Part shown: piece after piece, positions 1-10,500 of the stretch
Layout of the letters: every line of letters begins with the position of its first letter
Numbering within the stretch: position 1 is the first letter of the stretch
Assembly: GCA_965226495.1 (NCBI GenBank)
Contig: OZ245365.1
Location: 608,001-672,000 of the forward strand
DNA: 64,000 bases
Source of the DNA: Candidatus Marinacidobacterales bacterium
GTDB lineage: Bacteria; Acidobacteriota; Vicinamibacteria; Marinacidobacterales; DATDRI01
Direction of reading: 5' to 3'
Notes under the pieces: generated by a model
The model's input: the letters and a program-made list of their open reading frames with translations, nothing else
The model's database searches: none
Told to the model about the DNA's origin: nothing
Translations under genes and position numbers: made by a program

Positions 1-3000
1 AGCTTCGTCCCGGTAGTCAACACCCTCGCCGGCGACGCGCAGGATGACGACGGGAGCGCCAATCGGACGGTTCAAGGGTCGCTGCGCCAGTTTATCCAGA
101 ACGCCAATGCGGTCGTTGGCGCGAACGCCATGCGCTTCGTGCCCTCCGGTCCGACGAATACCACCGACGGGGGTGGGAACAATTGGTGGAGCATCGACGT
201 CACACTGGTCCTGCCCGCCGTCACCGATGTGAATACAACCATCGACGGCACTGCTTATGATCGATCCGACGGTTTCACGGTGCTCAACACCAACGCGACG
301 CTGCTCGGATTCGTCGGTGCGGTGGGCCTAGGTGCCGATGCGCTGCCAGGCACCGCCGATGAGCCGACCCTATCCGGAGTCCAAGGACCCGAGCTCGAGA
401 TCGTCAACGATCGTGCCACGAACGTGGTGGACATTGGCCTCGATCTGCAAGCGAACGATCTCACGGTGCGACGAATCGCCAGCTATGGTTTCGGTAGCAG
501 CAATCTTTTCCAGGACGCCAACATTCGCGTCGGCATCAACAGCGGGGCGACGAACTTCACAGGCATTCTCATCGAGGACAACGTCATCGGGTCGAACGCA
601 GCCAGTTTCACCGACCCCGGTGCCGGCAACCGGTCCACGGTGAATGACATCGCGGTGTTCGGCGCCGACAGCGGCACCATCCAGAGCAATCTCATCGGCT
701 ACGCTGGCCGCTTCGGCGTTTTCCTGAGCGATACCGCAGTGGGATGGACCGTTCAAGGTAACGAGATCCGGGCGAATGCGCTCACCAATGCGGCCCAAGA
801 CGGCTTGGACATCGGCAATAGCTCCAGCGGCGCTACCGTTAGCGGAAACCTCTTTGCTTTGAGCGATGGTGGCGGTGTCGATAGCTGGCGGGGTCTCGGC
901 AATAACCTCATCGAGAACAACACGTTCTCGCAAAATGGTCAAGCTGGCACCGAGCCCGCCGCGATGAGGATATTCGGTGCCGACAACGTCATCAGGCTGA
1001 ACGACATTCAAGATAACGTTGGCCCCGGCGTCTTGATCGTCAGCGACATCAGCCAAACCGGATCGCCTTCGATCCAGAACGACATCAGCCAGAACCGGTT
1101 TTCCGGCAACGGTTCGAACGCCATCGACCTGCTGGCGTTGGGCGGGGACGCCAGTTTGGGGGATGGGATCACTGTCAACGACGCCAGTACGGACGCCCAG
1201 GCGGGCAACATCGGTCTGGACTACCCGGTGATCACCTCGGCCACTATCAGCGCGGGTACGACGACGGTAACCGGCACCACCTGTGCGAGCTGTGATGTGG
1301 AGGTCTACCGAGCGGTCGCCGGCGCAGGCGATACCTTGGCCACTGTCGACTATGGGGAAGGAGTCGAGTTCTTAGGTTCAACGACGGCCGACGGACTCGG
1401 CGACTGGACCGTAGGCGGCATCACCACTCTGATAGCTGGGGACGACGTCTCAGCCATCACGATGGATACGAACGACAATACGTCGGAGTTCGGAGTAAAC
1501 GTCACGGTCGTCGTGGCAGGCAGTGTATCGCTCACCTTGGCGGATCACGGGGTCGGGCAGGTCGGCGACCGTTTCACTACAACCGCTTCGGTGACCGAGG
1601 TACTGTACCAGTTCAAGCTCACCCGCGTCGGGACCTTCGACGTCACCGAGCTGCGCGTCAACTTCACCACCACCGACGGTATCGCCAGCGGGGACGTCAC
1701 AAGCGCCGAGCTGTGGCGGGACCTGAACGGGAACGGCGCCGTCGATGGCGCGGACACAATGATTCAGGGTGGCATTACAGGCTCCGGCGGCCAATTGATC
1801 TTCACGACCGACTTCACTCCGGGTACCGGGGCGGGCACCGATTACCTCGTGCGTGCCACCGTCAACAACCTTGCAGACGGCGAGTTCACGACGTTCTCCC
1901 TCAGCGCCGCCGAGATCACCGAATCGGTCGCGGTCCCGGAGAGCGGAAGCGTTTCGAACGCGCTTCACATCCAGGATCCCGCGCCTCCTTCCTGCTCGGC
2001 CTCTTTCAATTGGCTCGGCACCCCCCTCGACGTGTCCCCCGGAGGCACGGGGGCTTGGGTCGATGTCGATGTCTCGGCCACGGTTCCGGCCGGCTCGACA
2101 GGCGTCATTTTGCAAGTTGTTGGCGATGCGGCAACGGACTACGACTATGGTGTCCGCATGAACGGGTCTAGCGATGACTGGATGATCGTCGACAACGACG
2201 ACAACATGCGCAATGGGCCAATTCAACGCTTCTATATGGTGGGCGTCGACGCCGGCCGTATCTTCGAGGTCTTTCAGGACAGTGCCACCATCACGACCTA
2301 TCTCGTCGGATATACCGGCAATGGTGTGACGTTCTTTCTAAATGCGATCAACAAGTCCTTCGATGCTCCTCTCAACTCGTATCAGCCCATCAGCATCGCG
2401 GCGGACACTGGCGGGGATACGGCGATAGGTGCGATCTTCAACATCAATAACCTGTTTAGCTCCGGCACCGCATATGGGCTGCGACATCCAAGCTCCGGCT
2501 TAGATATCTATAATGAGACCCGCGCAGAGTCTTTCCACACCCAGGTGGTGGGCGTCGACGGTAGCGAAGTCGCCGAAGCCAAGATTGGCAACGCGCAGCT
2601 CGACATCTACCTCACGGGTTACATCACCAGTGGAGCCGTCTTTTTTACGACGCCCCTCAACAAATCCACCGCGACCCTGGAGCCCACTTACGTCGATGTT
2701 GATATTACCGGCGACATCGGCGCAGACGATGCCAACGGCGTTTTCCTCGAGTTCAACGAGGTTGGTAACGCGTCCCGTAACGTCGCCGTTCGAATGAATG
2801 GTGAGACCTACGATCTCGGATACTACAACGAGATGCGCCACCACGGTGCGTTCACTGCGATAGATGGCAGCGATATCTTTGAACAGAAGATCCAGTGGGA
2901 TGACATGGATCTATACATGCACGGTTACACGCTTGCCTCCTGCGGCGCACCAGCTCCTACCACCAACTACCGTTCGATTGGAAGTGCTGGACCTTACTCG

Positions 3001-6000
3001 GCGTTCGATGTGGCGGCGACCAATGGCTCCCCTGTCGTCGTGGGGAATGGTACTGCCTGGGTGACGGCGAACCGCGGACGCGGCGACCATATCGACATCG
3101 ACGGCGCCGACTACACGATCCTATCCGTCGATACCGAGTCGCAACTCACGCTGACCGGGCCGTTTACGGGCGTGACCGGTGTGGGGAAGGCCTACACCAT
3201 CTCACGACAATTCGACACGCTTCAGGAGTGGGAGGATTGCATCAGCACTGGAGTGGGCTGCGTTTACTTCCCGGTCGCCGGTGGGGATCTCGTGGGCGAC
3301 AACCGCCGCGAGGTGGGGATTGCTTATGCGGACACTGACTTCACCTGGTCAGTACTAGGCAACCGAATCCTGTTCATAGACGATTCGACGACCGACGCCG
3401 ATCATGACATCACGCTCACCGCCGACGGGGGAAACCGGCACTACGGGAGGGCCGGGCAAGGCGTTGTTCTCGACAACACGACCAACACCATTGATGCCAT
3501 GGGTGTTCGCGACGATTTTGTCACCGTGGAGTGGCTCGAGGTCAAGAACGGCGGGGCCGGCACCGACGGCATTCAGATTCGAAGCCAGGCCGTGTCGAAC
3601 CGTGTCGTGGTCCGGAACAATCTCGTCCACGATGTGGGCCAGCTCGGCATCGTGACGAATTATGAAGGACTCGTCATCGACATCTATAACAACATCGTCT
3701 ACAACACCCCCGATCCGGGCATACGCATCGGCGCGGCGGTGGCGCTCACCGCGGCAAGCGAAATCCGCATCCTCAACAACACGGTGTACAACATCGGCAA
3801 TAACGGGATTAGTACTAGCGGGGCAGTCGCGGCGGGGAGCACGGAGATTACTCTCCAGAACAATATCGCTCACACGACCGTGGGCGACGCGTTTCTCGTT
3901 GGCAGCCCGGTGGTGGTCAATGCCGCGAGCAGCAACAATCTTTCTAGTGATGGCACGGCGCTTACTCACAGCCCGAATTCCGGTTCCCCCAACGGCATCC
4001 AGGAGGCGGACGTCAACAACCTGAACTTCGTTTCGACGACCCCAGGCTCAGAGGACCTGCACATTACCAGCGGTAGTGCGGCCGAGAACCTTGCCGCGGA
4101 TCTGAGCTCTACCTTTGACTTCGACATCGATTCTGGAGGCCGGGTGCTTCCATGGGACATCGGTGCCGATGACATCGCGGCGACGACCGCGGTGGAGCTG
4201 GTGTCGTTCGAGGCTCGCGGAATCGACGGCGCGGTAGAGCTCACGTGGGAGACCGGCTCGGAGATCGATAATCTCGGCTTCCATCTCTATCGGTCGCTAA
4301 CCGAAGAAGGTGCGTACGAGCAGATTACTGCCAGCGTGATTCCTGGCTTGGGTTCTTCGCCGGAGGGGGCGAAGTACGCTTACCATGATTCAGGCCGCAC
4401 GAACGGCGTCACGTACTACTACAGGCTGGAAGATATCGAAACGACCGGAGTGACGGAGCTCCATGGTCCGGTGTCAGCAACGCCTACCGCAGAGGTTATC
4501 GTGGAAGGGGACACCGGGGATGAAGAAGACGGGACCGGGGAGGAGCTAGGCGAGCTTTCATCTCGCATCACGTACGGGGATCCGGCGGCCAACGAGCTGA
4601 AGGTGCGCCGCCGCGGGAAGAAGTGGATGGAGCTGGAGCTGATTACGGAAGGTTTCTACGCCATACCGCAAGAAGACGGCTCGGTGCTTCTCGAGGTCCC
4701 TGGCTTCGAAGACTTCGGCGGTCCGGATCTACCCGATGTGCCGGCCTACCGCACCTGGCAAAACGTCTTGGCGGGACGCAACGTGAAGCTGGCATCGGTG
4801 AAGGTCGGTGGAGTGGCAGAGTTTGCAAGCTTGCGGCCAAGCTCCTCTGAACTGATCGTCGTCGCTTCGGGAGACGGCACGGTCCAGACCGGCCGTCGGC
4901 GTAAGAAACGTCGCCAAGCGCCTCATGTTTACTACCCCGAATCCTGGGCCCAGCTCATGAACGTGGGTTTCCAAGGTCCGGCCAAAAAGGCCTTGGTCGA
5001 GATGGCCCCCCTTAGGTGGGATGCGACGGCCGAGAAACTGGTCCTGGCCCGCCGCATCGTGGTCCGCATCGCGTTCAAGGGTAAAGACAAGGCGGAGCTG
5101 AAACTTGGCAAGAGCCACCGAGAAGTCGGAAGCCATGCGAACCGGAGCGTCTACGCCCGGATAGCCGTGACGGAGCCGGGTCTCTATGGGGTCAGCTACG
5201 AGTCGGTATTCGGAAAGAGGCGAAAGGCCATCAAGACCAGCTCCTTGAGACTGAGCCGTCAGGGTGAGCCGGTGGCGTTCTTCGTGAGCCCGAACGCGAA
5301 GAAGTTCAAGAAGAAGTCGGTGCTGTACTTCCTGAGCGATGGGTCGGATTTGAACCCCTACGGCCAGGAAGCGGTCTATGAGCTCGAAGCCAGCCAACAA
5401 GGGCTCCGGATGGAAGCCCTGAACGGAGCCCCGGAGGGCGCCCCCACCAGCTTCTACTGGAAGACGGTGAAGCGGGAAGAGAACCTGCTCTACCAAGCAG
5501 CCTTTGAAGGCGAAGAGGACATCTGGCAGTGGGATTGGCTGTTCGGCCCGATGACCAACGGCTACCCGTTCGAAGTCACGAACCTATCGCCGGTGGCCGA
5601 AAACTCGAAGCTCAGAGTGTGGCTCCACGGAGCGAGTGACTTCCCCGAGGATCCCGACCACCACGTAAGACTCTACGTGAATGGAACCCTACTCACCGAC
5701 ACCTGGTGGGATGGCGAGACGCCTCACTTCGTGGAAGCGGAGCTTGGTCCGGGCTTGCTCCAAGAGGGCGAGAACACTCTGGAGATCGAAGAAGTGGGGG
5801 ACACGGAAGCCCAGTACTCGATGGTGATGCTGGACCGATTCGAGGTGAGCTACCCGAGCCAATTAGTAGCGCAGTTGGGAGAGCTTGAAGGCAGCTTCAG
5901 CGAGTCGGGAGTGGCGACCGTCACTGGCCCACGTGGACAGATTGGAGCCCTCAGCCCACCCGCAGTCGCGCAGTCGACGGAGGGTGAGCCTTGGGGGTGG

Positions 6001-7230
6001 GGCCCCAAGGCATTGATATTCGACGTGACGGAGACCGAACCGCGACGAATCAGCGGAGCGAGCGTCGTTCCGGGTGGCTTGAGCTTCGGCGTGGAGTCGG
6101 GCCGTCACTATCTATTGACGGACTCGGTGAAGATTCCGGAAGTGAGCCGCGCGCAGTCGACCGGTCTCAAGCAAGTATGGAGCCGTGCTGAGTATCTGGT
6201 GATCGGACCTAGAGAGTTCCTGGCTGCCGCGGTGCCGCTACTGGCCCACCGGAGAAACGAAGGCCTGATAGCGGGAGCGATCGCGACGGAAGACATCTAT
6301 GACGAGTTCGGATACGGAGAAGCGACGCCGGAATCGATCCGCGACTTCTTGAGCTACGTGTACCACCACTGGAGCGAGCCGACTCTGCGGTACGTCGTCC
6401 TCCTAGGAGATGGGACCTACGACTACAAGGATTACCTGGCCACGGGAGTTAAGAGCCAAGTGCCGGTGAAGATCTTGAAGACGCGTTACATCTGGACGGC
6501 GTCGGATCCATGGTATGGAGCCATCAATGGAGACGACATCCTACCGGATGTGGCGATCGGAAGGCTTCCGGCGGCGTCAATCGAAGAAGTGCAGACACTG
6601 GTCCAGAAGATCCTGGCCTATGAATCTGCCTCGCCAGATTCGGAGGCTCCCATCGTCTTGGTCACAGATAATCCGGACATCGCCGGGAACTTCGACGCGG
6701 ATGCGGAAGAAATAGCGTCGACCGTGTTCTCGGAAGAGGGCGTGGAGAAGATCTACTTGAGCCAATTAGGGACTGCTGGAGCGCAGAGTGCGATCTTGAA
6801 TGCCTTCGATGAAGGCGCGTCTCTGATGAGCTACATGGGCCACGGAGCGATTCATCTTTGGGCCAACGAGAACTTGCTCAACATCTGGCAAGTGGAGTCC
6901 CTGTCCTCACAAGAGCAACAGCCTCTCCTTTTGACCATGAACTGCCTGAACGGGTACTTCCACTTCCCGTACTTCAACTCATTGTCTGAGGAACTGCTGA
7001 AGGCGGAAGGGAAGGGGATCATCGCAGCATTCTCACCGACCGGCTTGAGTCTCAACAACCCAGCGCATCGTTTCCACAAGGCTCTACTCGATCATGTCGT
7101 GAACCAGCAGCACGAGCGATTGGGAGATGCCATCCTAGCGGGCCAGGCTGCTTATGCCGAGACGGGAGCCTTCCCCGAGTTGCTGCGCATCTACCATCTC
7201 CTCGGCGACCCGGCACTTCGTTTGCGTTAA
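1..7230 (+). CDS. G1: giant modular surface/secreted protein, 5'-partial (>=2409 aa): beta-helix passenger modules + TAVEL Ig-like domain + C25 propeptide-like domain + C25 (gingipain/PorU-like) cysteine peptidase
   Basis: Frame 1 is open from base 1 (SFVPVVNT...GSLRQFIQNANA...AMRF), so the ATG at 130 is internal. Contains N/I-ladder beta-helix repeats, WDIGADD then TAVELVSF at 4186, C25 motifs YVVLLGDG, DVAIGRLP, YMGHGA and MNCLNGYF, and ends LLGDPALRLR. Confidence 0.9.
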   Translation, partial: SFVPVVNTLAGDAQDDDGSANRTVQGSLRQFIQNANAVVGANAMRFVPSGPTNTTDGGGNNWWSIDVTLVLPAVTDVNTTIDGTAYDRSDGFTVLNTNATLLGFVGAVGLGADALPGTADEPTLSGVQGPELEIVNDRATNVVDIGLDLQANDLTVRRIASYGFGSSNLFQDANIRVGINSGATNFTGILIEDNVIGSNAASFTDPGAGNRSTVNDIAVFGADSGTIQSNLIGYAGRFGVFLSDTAVGWTVQGNEIRANALTNAAQDGLDIGNSSSGATVSGNLFALSDGGGVDSWRGLGNNLIENNTFSQNGQAGTEPAAMRIFGADNVIRLNDIQDNVGPGVLIVSDISQTGSPSIQNDISQNRFSGNGSNAIDLLALGGDASLGDGITVNDASTDAQAGNIGLDYPVITSATISAGTTTVTGTTCASCDVEVYRAVAGAGDTLATVDYGEGVEFLGSTTADGLGDWTVGGITTLIAGDDVSAITMDTNDNTSEFGVNVTVVVAGSVSLTLADHGVGQVGDRFTTTASVTEVLYQFKLTRVGTFDVTELRVNFTTTDGIASGDVTSAELWRDLNGNGAVDGADTMIQGGITGSGGQLIFTTDFTPGTGAGTDYLVRATVNNLADGEFTTFSLSAAEITESVAVPESGSVSNALHIQDPAPPSCSASFNWLGTPLDVSPGGTGAWVDVDVSATVPAGSTGVILQVVGDAATDYDYGVRMNGSSDDWMIVDNDDNMRNGPIQRFYMVGVDAGRIFEVFQDSATITTYLVGYTGNGVTFFLNAINKSFDAPLNSYQPISIAADTGGDTAIGAIFNINNLFSSGTAYGLRHPSSGLDIYNETRAESFHTQVVGVDGSEVAEAKIGNAQLDIYLTGYITSGAVFFTTPLNKSTATLEPTYVDVDITGDIGADDANGVFLEFNEVGNASRNVAVRMNGETYDLGYYNEMRHHGAFTAIDGSDIFEQKIQWDDMDLYMHGYTLASCGAPAPTTNYRSIGSAGPYSAFDVAATNGSPVVVGNGTAWVTANRGRGDHIDIDGADYTILSVDTESQLTLTGPFTGVTGVGKAYTISRQFDTLQEWEDCISTGVGCVYFPVAGGDLVGDNRREVGIAYADTDFTWSVLGNRILFIDDSTTDADHDITLTADGGNRHYGRAGQGVVLDNTTNTIDAMGVRDDFVTVEWLEVKNGGAGTDGIQIRSQAVSNRVVVRNNLVHDVGQLGIVTNYEGLVIDIYNNIVYNTPDPGIRIGAAVALTAASEIRILNNTVYNIGNNGISTSGAVAAGSTEITLQNNIAHTTVGDAFLVGSPVVVNAASSNNLSSDGTALTHSPNSGSPNGIQEADVNNLNFVSTTPGSEDLHITSGSAAENLAADLSSTFDFDIDSGGRVLPWDIGADDIAATTAVELVSFEARGIDGAVELTWETGSEIDNLGFHLYRSLTEEGAYEQITASVIPGLGSSPEGAKYAYHDSGRTNGVTYYYRLEDIETTGVTELHGPVSATPTAEVIVEGDTGDEEDGTGEELGELSSRITYGDPAANELKVRRRGKKWMELELITEGFYAIPQEDGSVLLEVPGFEDFGGPDLPDVPAYRTWQNVLAGRNVKLASVKVGGVAEFASLRPSSSELIVVASGDGTVQTGRRRKKRRQAPHVYYPESWAQLMNVGFQGPAKKALVEMAPLRWDATAEKLVLARRIVVRIAFKGKDKAELKLGKSHREVGSHANRSVYARIAVTEPGLYGVSYESVFGKRRKAIKTSSLRLSRQGEPVAFFVSPNAKKFKKKSVLYFLSDGSDLNPYGQEAVYELEASQQGLRMEALNGAPEGAPTSFYWKTVKREENLLYQAAFEGEEDIWQWDWLFGPMTNGYPFEVTNLSPVAENSKLRVWLHGASDFPEDPDHHVRLYVNGTLLTDTWWDGETPHFVEAELGPGLLQEGENTLEIEEVGDTEAQYSMVMLDRFEVSYPSQLVAQLGELEGSFSESGVATVTGPRGQIGALSPPAVAQSTEGEPWGWGPKALIFDVTETEPRRISGASVVPGGLSFGVESGRHYLLTDSVKIPEVSRAQSTGLKQVWSRAEYLVIGPREFLAAAVPLLAHRRNEGLIAGAIATEDIYDEFGYGEATPESIRDFLSYVYHHWSEPTLRYVVLLGDGTYDYKDYLATGVKSQVPVKILKTRYIWTASDPWYGAINGDDILPDVAIGRLPAASIEEVQTLVQKILAYESASPDSEAPIVLVTDNPDIAGNFDADAEEIASTVFSEEGVEKIYLSQLGTAGAQSAILNAFDEGASLMSYMGHGAIHLWANENLLNIWQVESLSSQEQQPLLLTMNCLNGYFHFPYFNSLSEELLKAEGKGIIAAFSPTGLSLNNPAHRFHKALLDHVVNQQHERLGDAILAGQAAYAETGAFPELLRIYHLLGDPALRLR
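4186..7230 (+). repeat. Conserved ~3-kb C-terminal cassette, copy 1 of 5 (other copies 22917-25961, 35396-38377, 46500-49490, 56777-59781)
   Basis: The five copies are collinear from TAVEL to the stop codon, with near-identical protein sequence and long near-identical DNA tracts. Confidence 0.95.
5944..6018. repeat. 75-bp in-frame palindromic insertion (REP/RPE-like), copy 1
   Basis: Adds GALSPPAVAQSTEGEPWGWGPKALI, which G3-G5 lack. Perfect 9-bp stem GCCTTGGGG (5988-5996) / CCCCAAGGC (6003-6011), plus an imperfect ACCC..GTCG / CGAC..GGGT stem. Confidence 0.75.
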
Positions 7231-7329
7231 GACAACCAGAAAATTCCAGTTTGTCCGCCTCCGTCATTACGTACAGTTTTGCTGGATTGAGGATGCATCC
7301 CACCACATATGGGAACCTCTACAGAGAGC

Positions 7330-7445
7330 GTAGCCAACTCCCCGCACATGGCTTGAACCGGAAAGATGCCCCCACTCTAAGCGACTGATTCTAAGCGGGT
7401 TCTCGCAGACTTATCTTGACAGCCTTATCAGGCATTGCTCTTGCT
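7330..7445 (+). promoter_or_regulatory. sigma54 promoter of G2 with IHF-like site and upstream 16-bp motif
   Basis: AGGCAT-TGCTC-TTGCT at 7430-7445 fits the -24/-12 consensus (TGGCAC-N5-TTGCW). IHF-like TAAGCGACTGATT at 7378-7390. Motif GTAGCCAACTCCCCGC at 7330-7345. Confidence 0.7.
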
Positions 7446-7511
7446 TTAATCAGGACGCAATGGGGGAAGTGTGTCGATGAAGGCCGGCGTTCCAGGAAAC
7501 GGGTGTCTCCG

Positions 7512-10500
7512 ATGAGGCGATTCGTCGGTGCTCTAGCCCTCGCCGTTCCTTTTCTGGTAGCCAGTCTCCCCGCAGAGGCGCAGGACGTTCTGACCCAGGG
7601 CCATTACCGGTGGCGGAACGATGACGGGGGGGAGGGGGACGTCGATACCGTTCAGGTCAGCGACACCGCCGATACGACTACCGTCAGCGGCACGTACGAG
7701 CTGGTATCGGGCATGACCATCACCCCGGGCGCCGGGGACTACTTGGTCTGGTTCAGTGGGTCGCTGGAGAGCACCGCAGGAGGTTCTACCCAAAATGTCT
7801 CTCTGTTTGTCGACGGCGGCCAGATTACCCATACCGAGCGCGAGATACTGACCGAAGGCTCGATTCCCGACACTCCTTTTACCGCGGTCACCCACGCTTT
7901 CTTGCCGGGAGTAACGGCGGGCCAAGCGATCAATGTGCGCTGGAGGACGAGTGGGGGCACCGCCACCATGCACCAGCGCACGCTGGTGCTCACCAAGGTC
8001 AACGCCGCGGATGTCACGCAGGTCAGTGCGACGGCGAACGACACGACGACCAGCGCCGCCTACACCGCGGTCACCGGGATGAGCATCACCCCGGGAGCGG
8101 GTGATTACTTGGTGTGGTTCAGCGGTTCGGTGAACGGCGACACCAATACGACGGAGCAACAGGTTTCTCTGTTCGTGAACGGGGTCCAGGTGGCGCATAC
8201 CGAGCGCCGGGCGGACCAGGAAGACTCTCTGACCAATACCTATTTTCCCGTGGGGTTGCATGTGCGTTTGACGTCAGTGGGAGCGGCGGAAGCCATCGAC
8301 GTGCGTTGGCAGACCACGGGCGGTACCGCCACCATGGCGGAGCGGACGTTGACGGTGTACCAGATCAACCCGGCCGACAGCTCCCAGGCCAGTGCGACGT
8401 TGGATGACACCACGGTAAGCGCGACGTGGACTCCGGTGGACAGCATGGCGCTGACGCCGGGCGTCGGGGACTATCGCATCTGGTTCAGCAGCTCGGTGGA
8501 AGGGACGACGGCCAACTCGGTCCAAGATGTGGCGCTCTATGTCAATGGCATCCAGGTAGCCCACACAGTGCGGAGTTTCCTGTTGGAAAGCTCCCTGACG
8601 GATACGTTCCAATCTTTTCCTGTCGCCCTTCACGCTTATGTGACGGGGGTGGGGGCGGCGGACGTCATCGACGTGCGTTGGCAGACGTCGGGTGGCACCG
8701 CCACCATGCACGAGCGCACCCTGGTGGTAGACCGATTGCAAAGCGTCAGCGGTGCGACCTTTGCCGCGGCGGAAGACACCAAGCTCACCGCTCTTACCAA
8801 GAACACACTCAAGCGAGTTCGCTTCGAGGTCTCGAACGAGGGCGCGGGAGGCTCCGGCCCCGTCGCCTATGAGCTCCAAGTGGCCGAGACCGCCACCTGC
8901 AGCTCCGGCACCTATACCACGGTACCCACCGCAGCCACCGGCCACTGGCAAGTCATCGACTCCAGCTTCATTACCGACGGCGAGGCGAGCTCGAATGTCA
9001 CCGATGGCCTGACCGATGAAGCGACCACCTTTGTGGCGGGTGAGGCCAAAGACACCGGCAACACCACCGGAAGCATCACCCTAGCCTCGGACGCGTTCAC
9101 CGAGATCGAGTTTGCGGTACAAGCACTAGCCGCTGCCACCAATGGGGGGGACTACTGTTTCCGCCTCTACGATGCGACCAACAATCAGGTCCTCGACGCC
9201 TATTCGGTCTACGCCGAAGTCAGTTTGGCGGTGGACGTTCTGACCCAGGGCCACTACCGGTGGCGGAACGATGACGGTGGAGAGGTCGCCGCCACCTGGG
9301 CAGCCGCCGAGGACACCGCTCTGAGCCCGTTGGAAAAAAACACCATTCGACGGGTGCGCCTCGGGGTGTCGAACGAAGGGACAGCCAGCTCGGGTGGCGT
9401 GGCTTACGAGCTGCAAGTAGCCGAGACCGCGACGTGTAGTGCGGGCGCCTATGCCGCGGTGCCGATCGCGGCCACCGGTCACTGGCAAGTCATCAACTCT
9501 AGCTTCATTACCGACGGTGAGGTGACCTCGAACGTGGCCGGCGGTCTGACCGATGACGCCACCACCTTCGTGGCGGGTGAGGCCAAGGACACTGGCAACC
9601 CGACCAGCGGTTTCACCTTGGCGCCGGACGAGTTCACCGAGATCGAGTTTGCGGTCCAGGCTACGAACAATGCTACGGCCGGCGGGGACTATTGTTTCCG
9701 ACTCTATGACGCGACGAACAACGAGGTCCTCGATACCTATACCGTCTACGCCCAGGTGACCTTGGCGACAGATGTTCTGACCCAGGGCCACTACCGGTGG
9801 CGGAATGACGACGGAGGGGAAGGAAGCGTCGATAACTTTCAGGTCAGCGAAACCGTCGATACGATGACCACCGGTGGGAGCTACGAGCTGGTATCGGGCA
9901 TGACGATCACCCCGGGCGCCGGAGACTACTTAGTCTGGTTCAGTGGCTCGCTGGAGAGCACCACGGGGGGCTCTACTCAACATGTCTCTCTGTTTGTGGA
10001 CACCGGCCAGATTACCCATACCGAACGCGAGGTACTGACCGAAGGCTCGATTCCCGACACTCCGTTTACCGCGGTCACCCACGCGTTTTTGCCGGGAGTG
10101 ACGGCGGGCCAGGCGATCAATGTGCGCTGGAGGACGACCGGTGGCACCGCTACCATGCACCAGCGCACGCTGGCGGTCACCCGGGTCAACCCTGCGGATG
10201 TCACGCAGGTCAGTGCGACGGCGAACGACACGACGACCAGCGCCGCCTACACCGCGGTCACCGGTATGAGCATCACCCCGGGAGCGGGTGATTACTTGGT
10301 GTGGTTCAGCGGTTCGGTGAACGGCAACACCAATACGACGGAGCAACAGGTTTCTCTGTTCGTGAACGGGGTGCAGGTGGCGCATACCGAGCGACGGGCA
10401 GACCAGGAAGACTCTTTGACAAATACTTATTTTCCGGTGGCGTTGCACGCGCGTTTGACGGGAGTGGGAGCGGCGGAAGCCATCGACGTGCGTTGGCAGA

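Noticed and set aside
7416-7511. ORF-track upstream starts (7416, 28496, 38442, 49631, 59912)
   Set aside because: They lie upstream of, within or immediately after the sigma54 elements, at or before the expected transcription start. Downstream ATGs give better signal-peptide-like N-termini.
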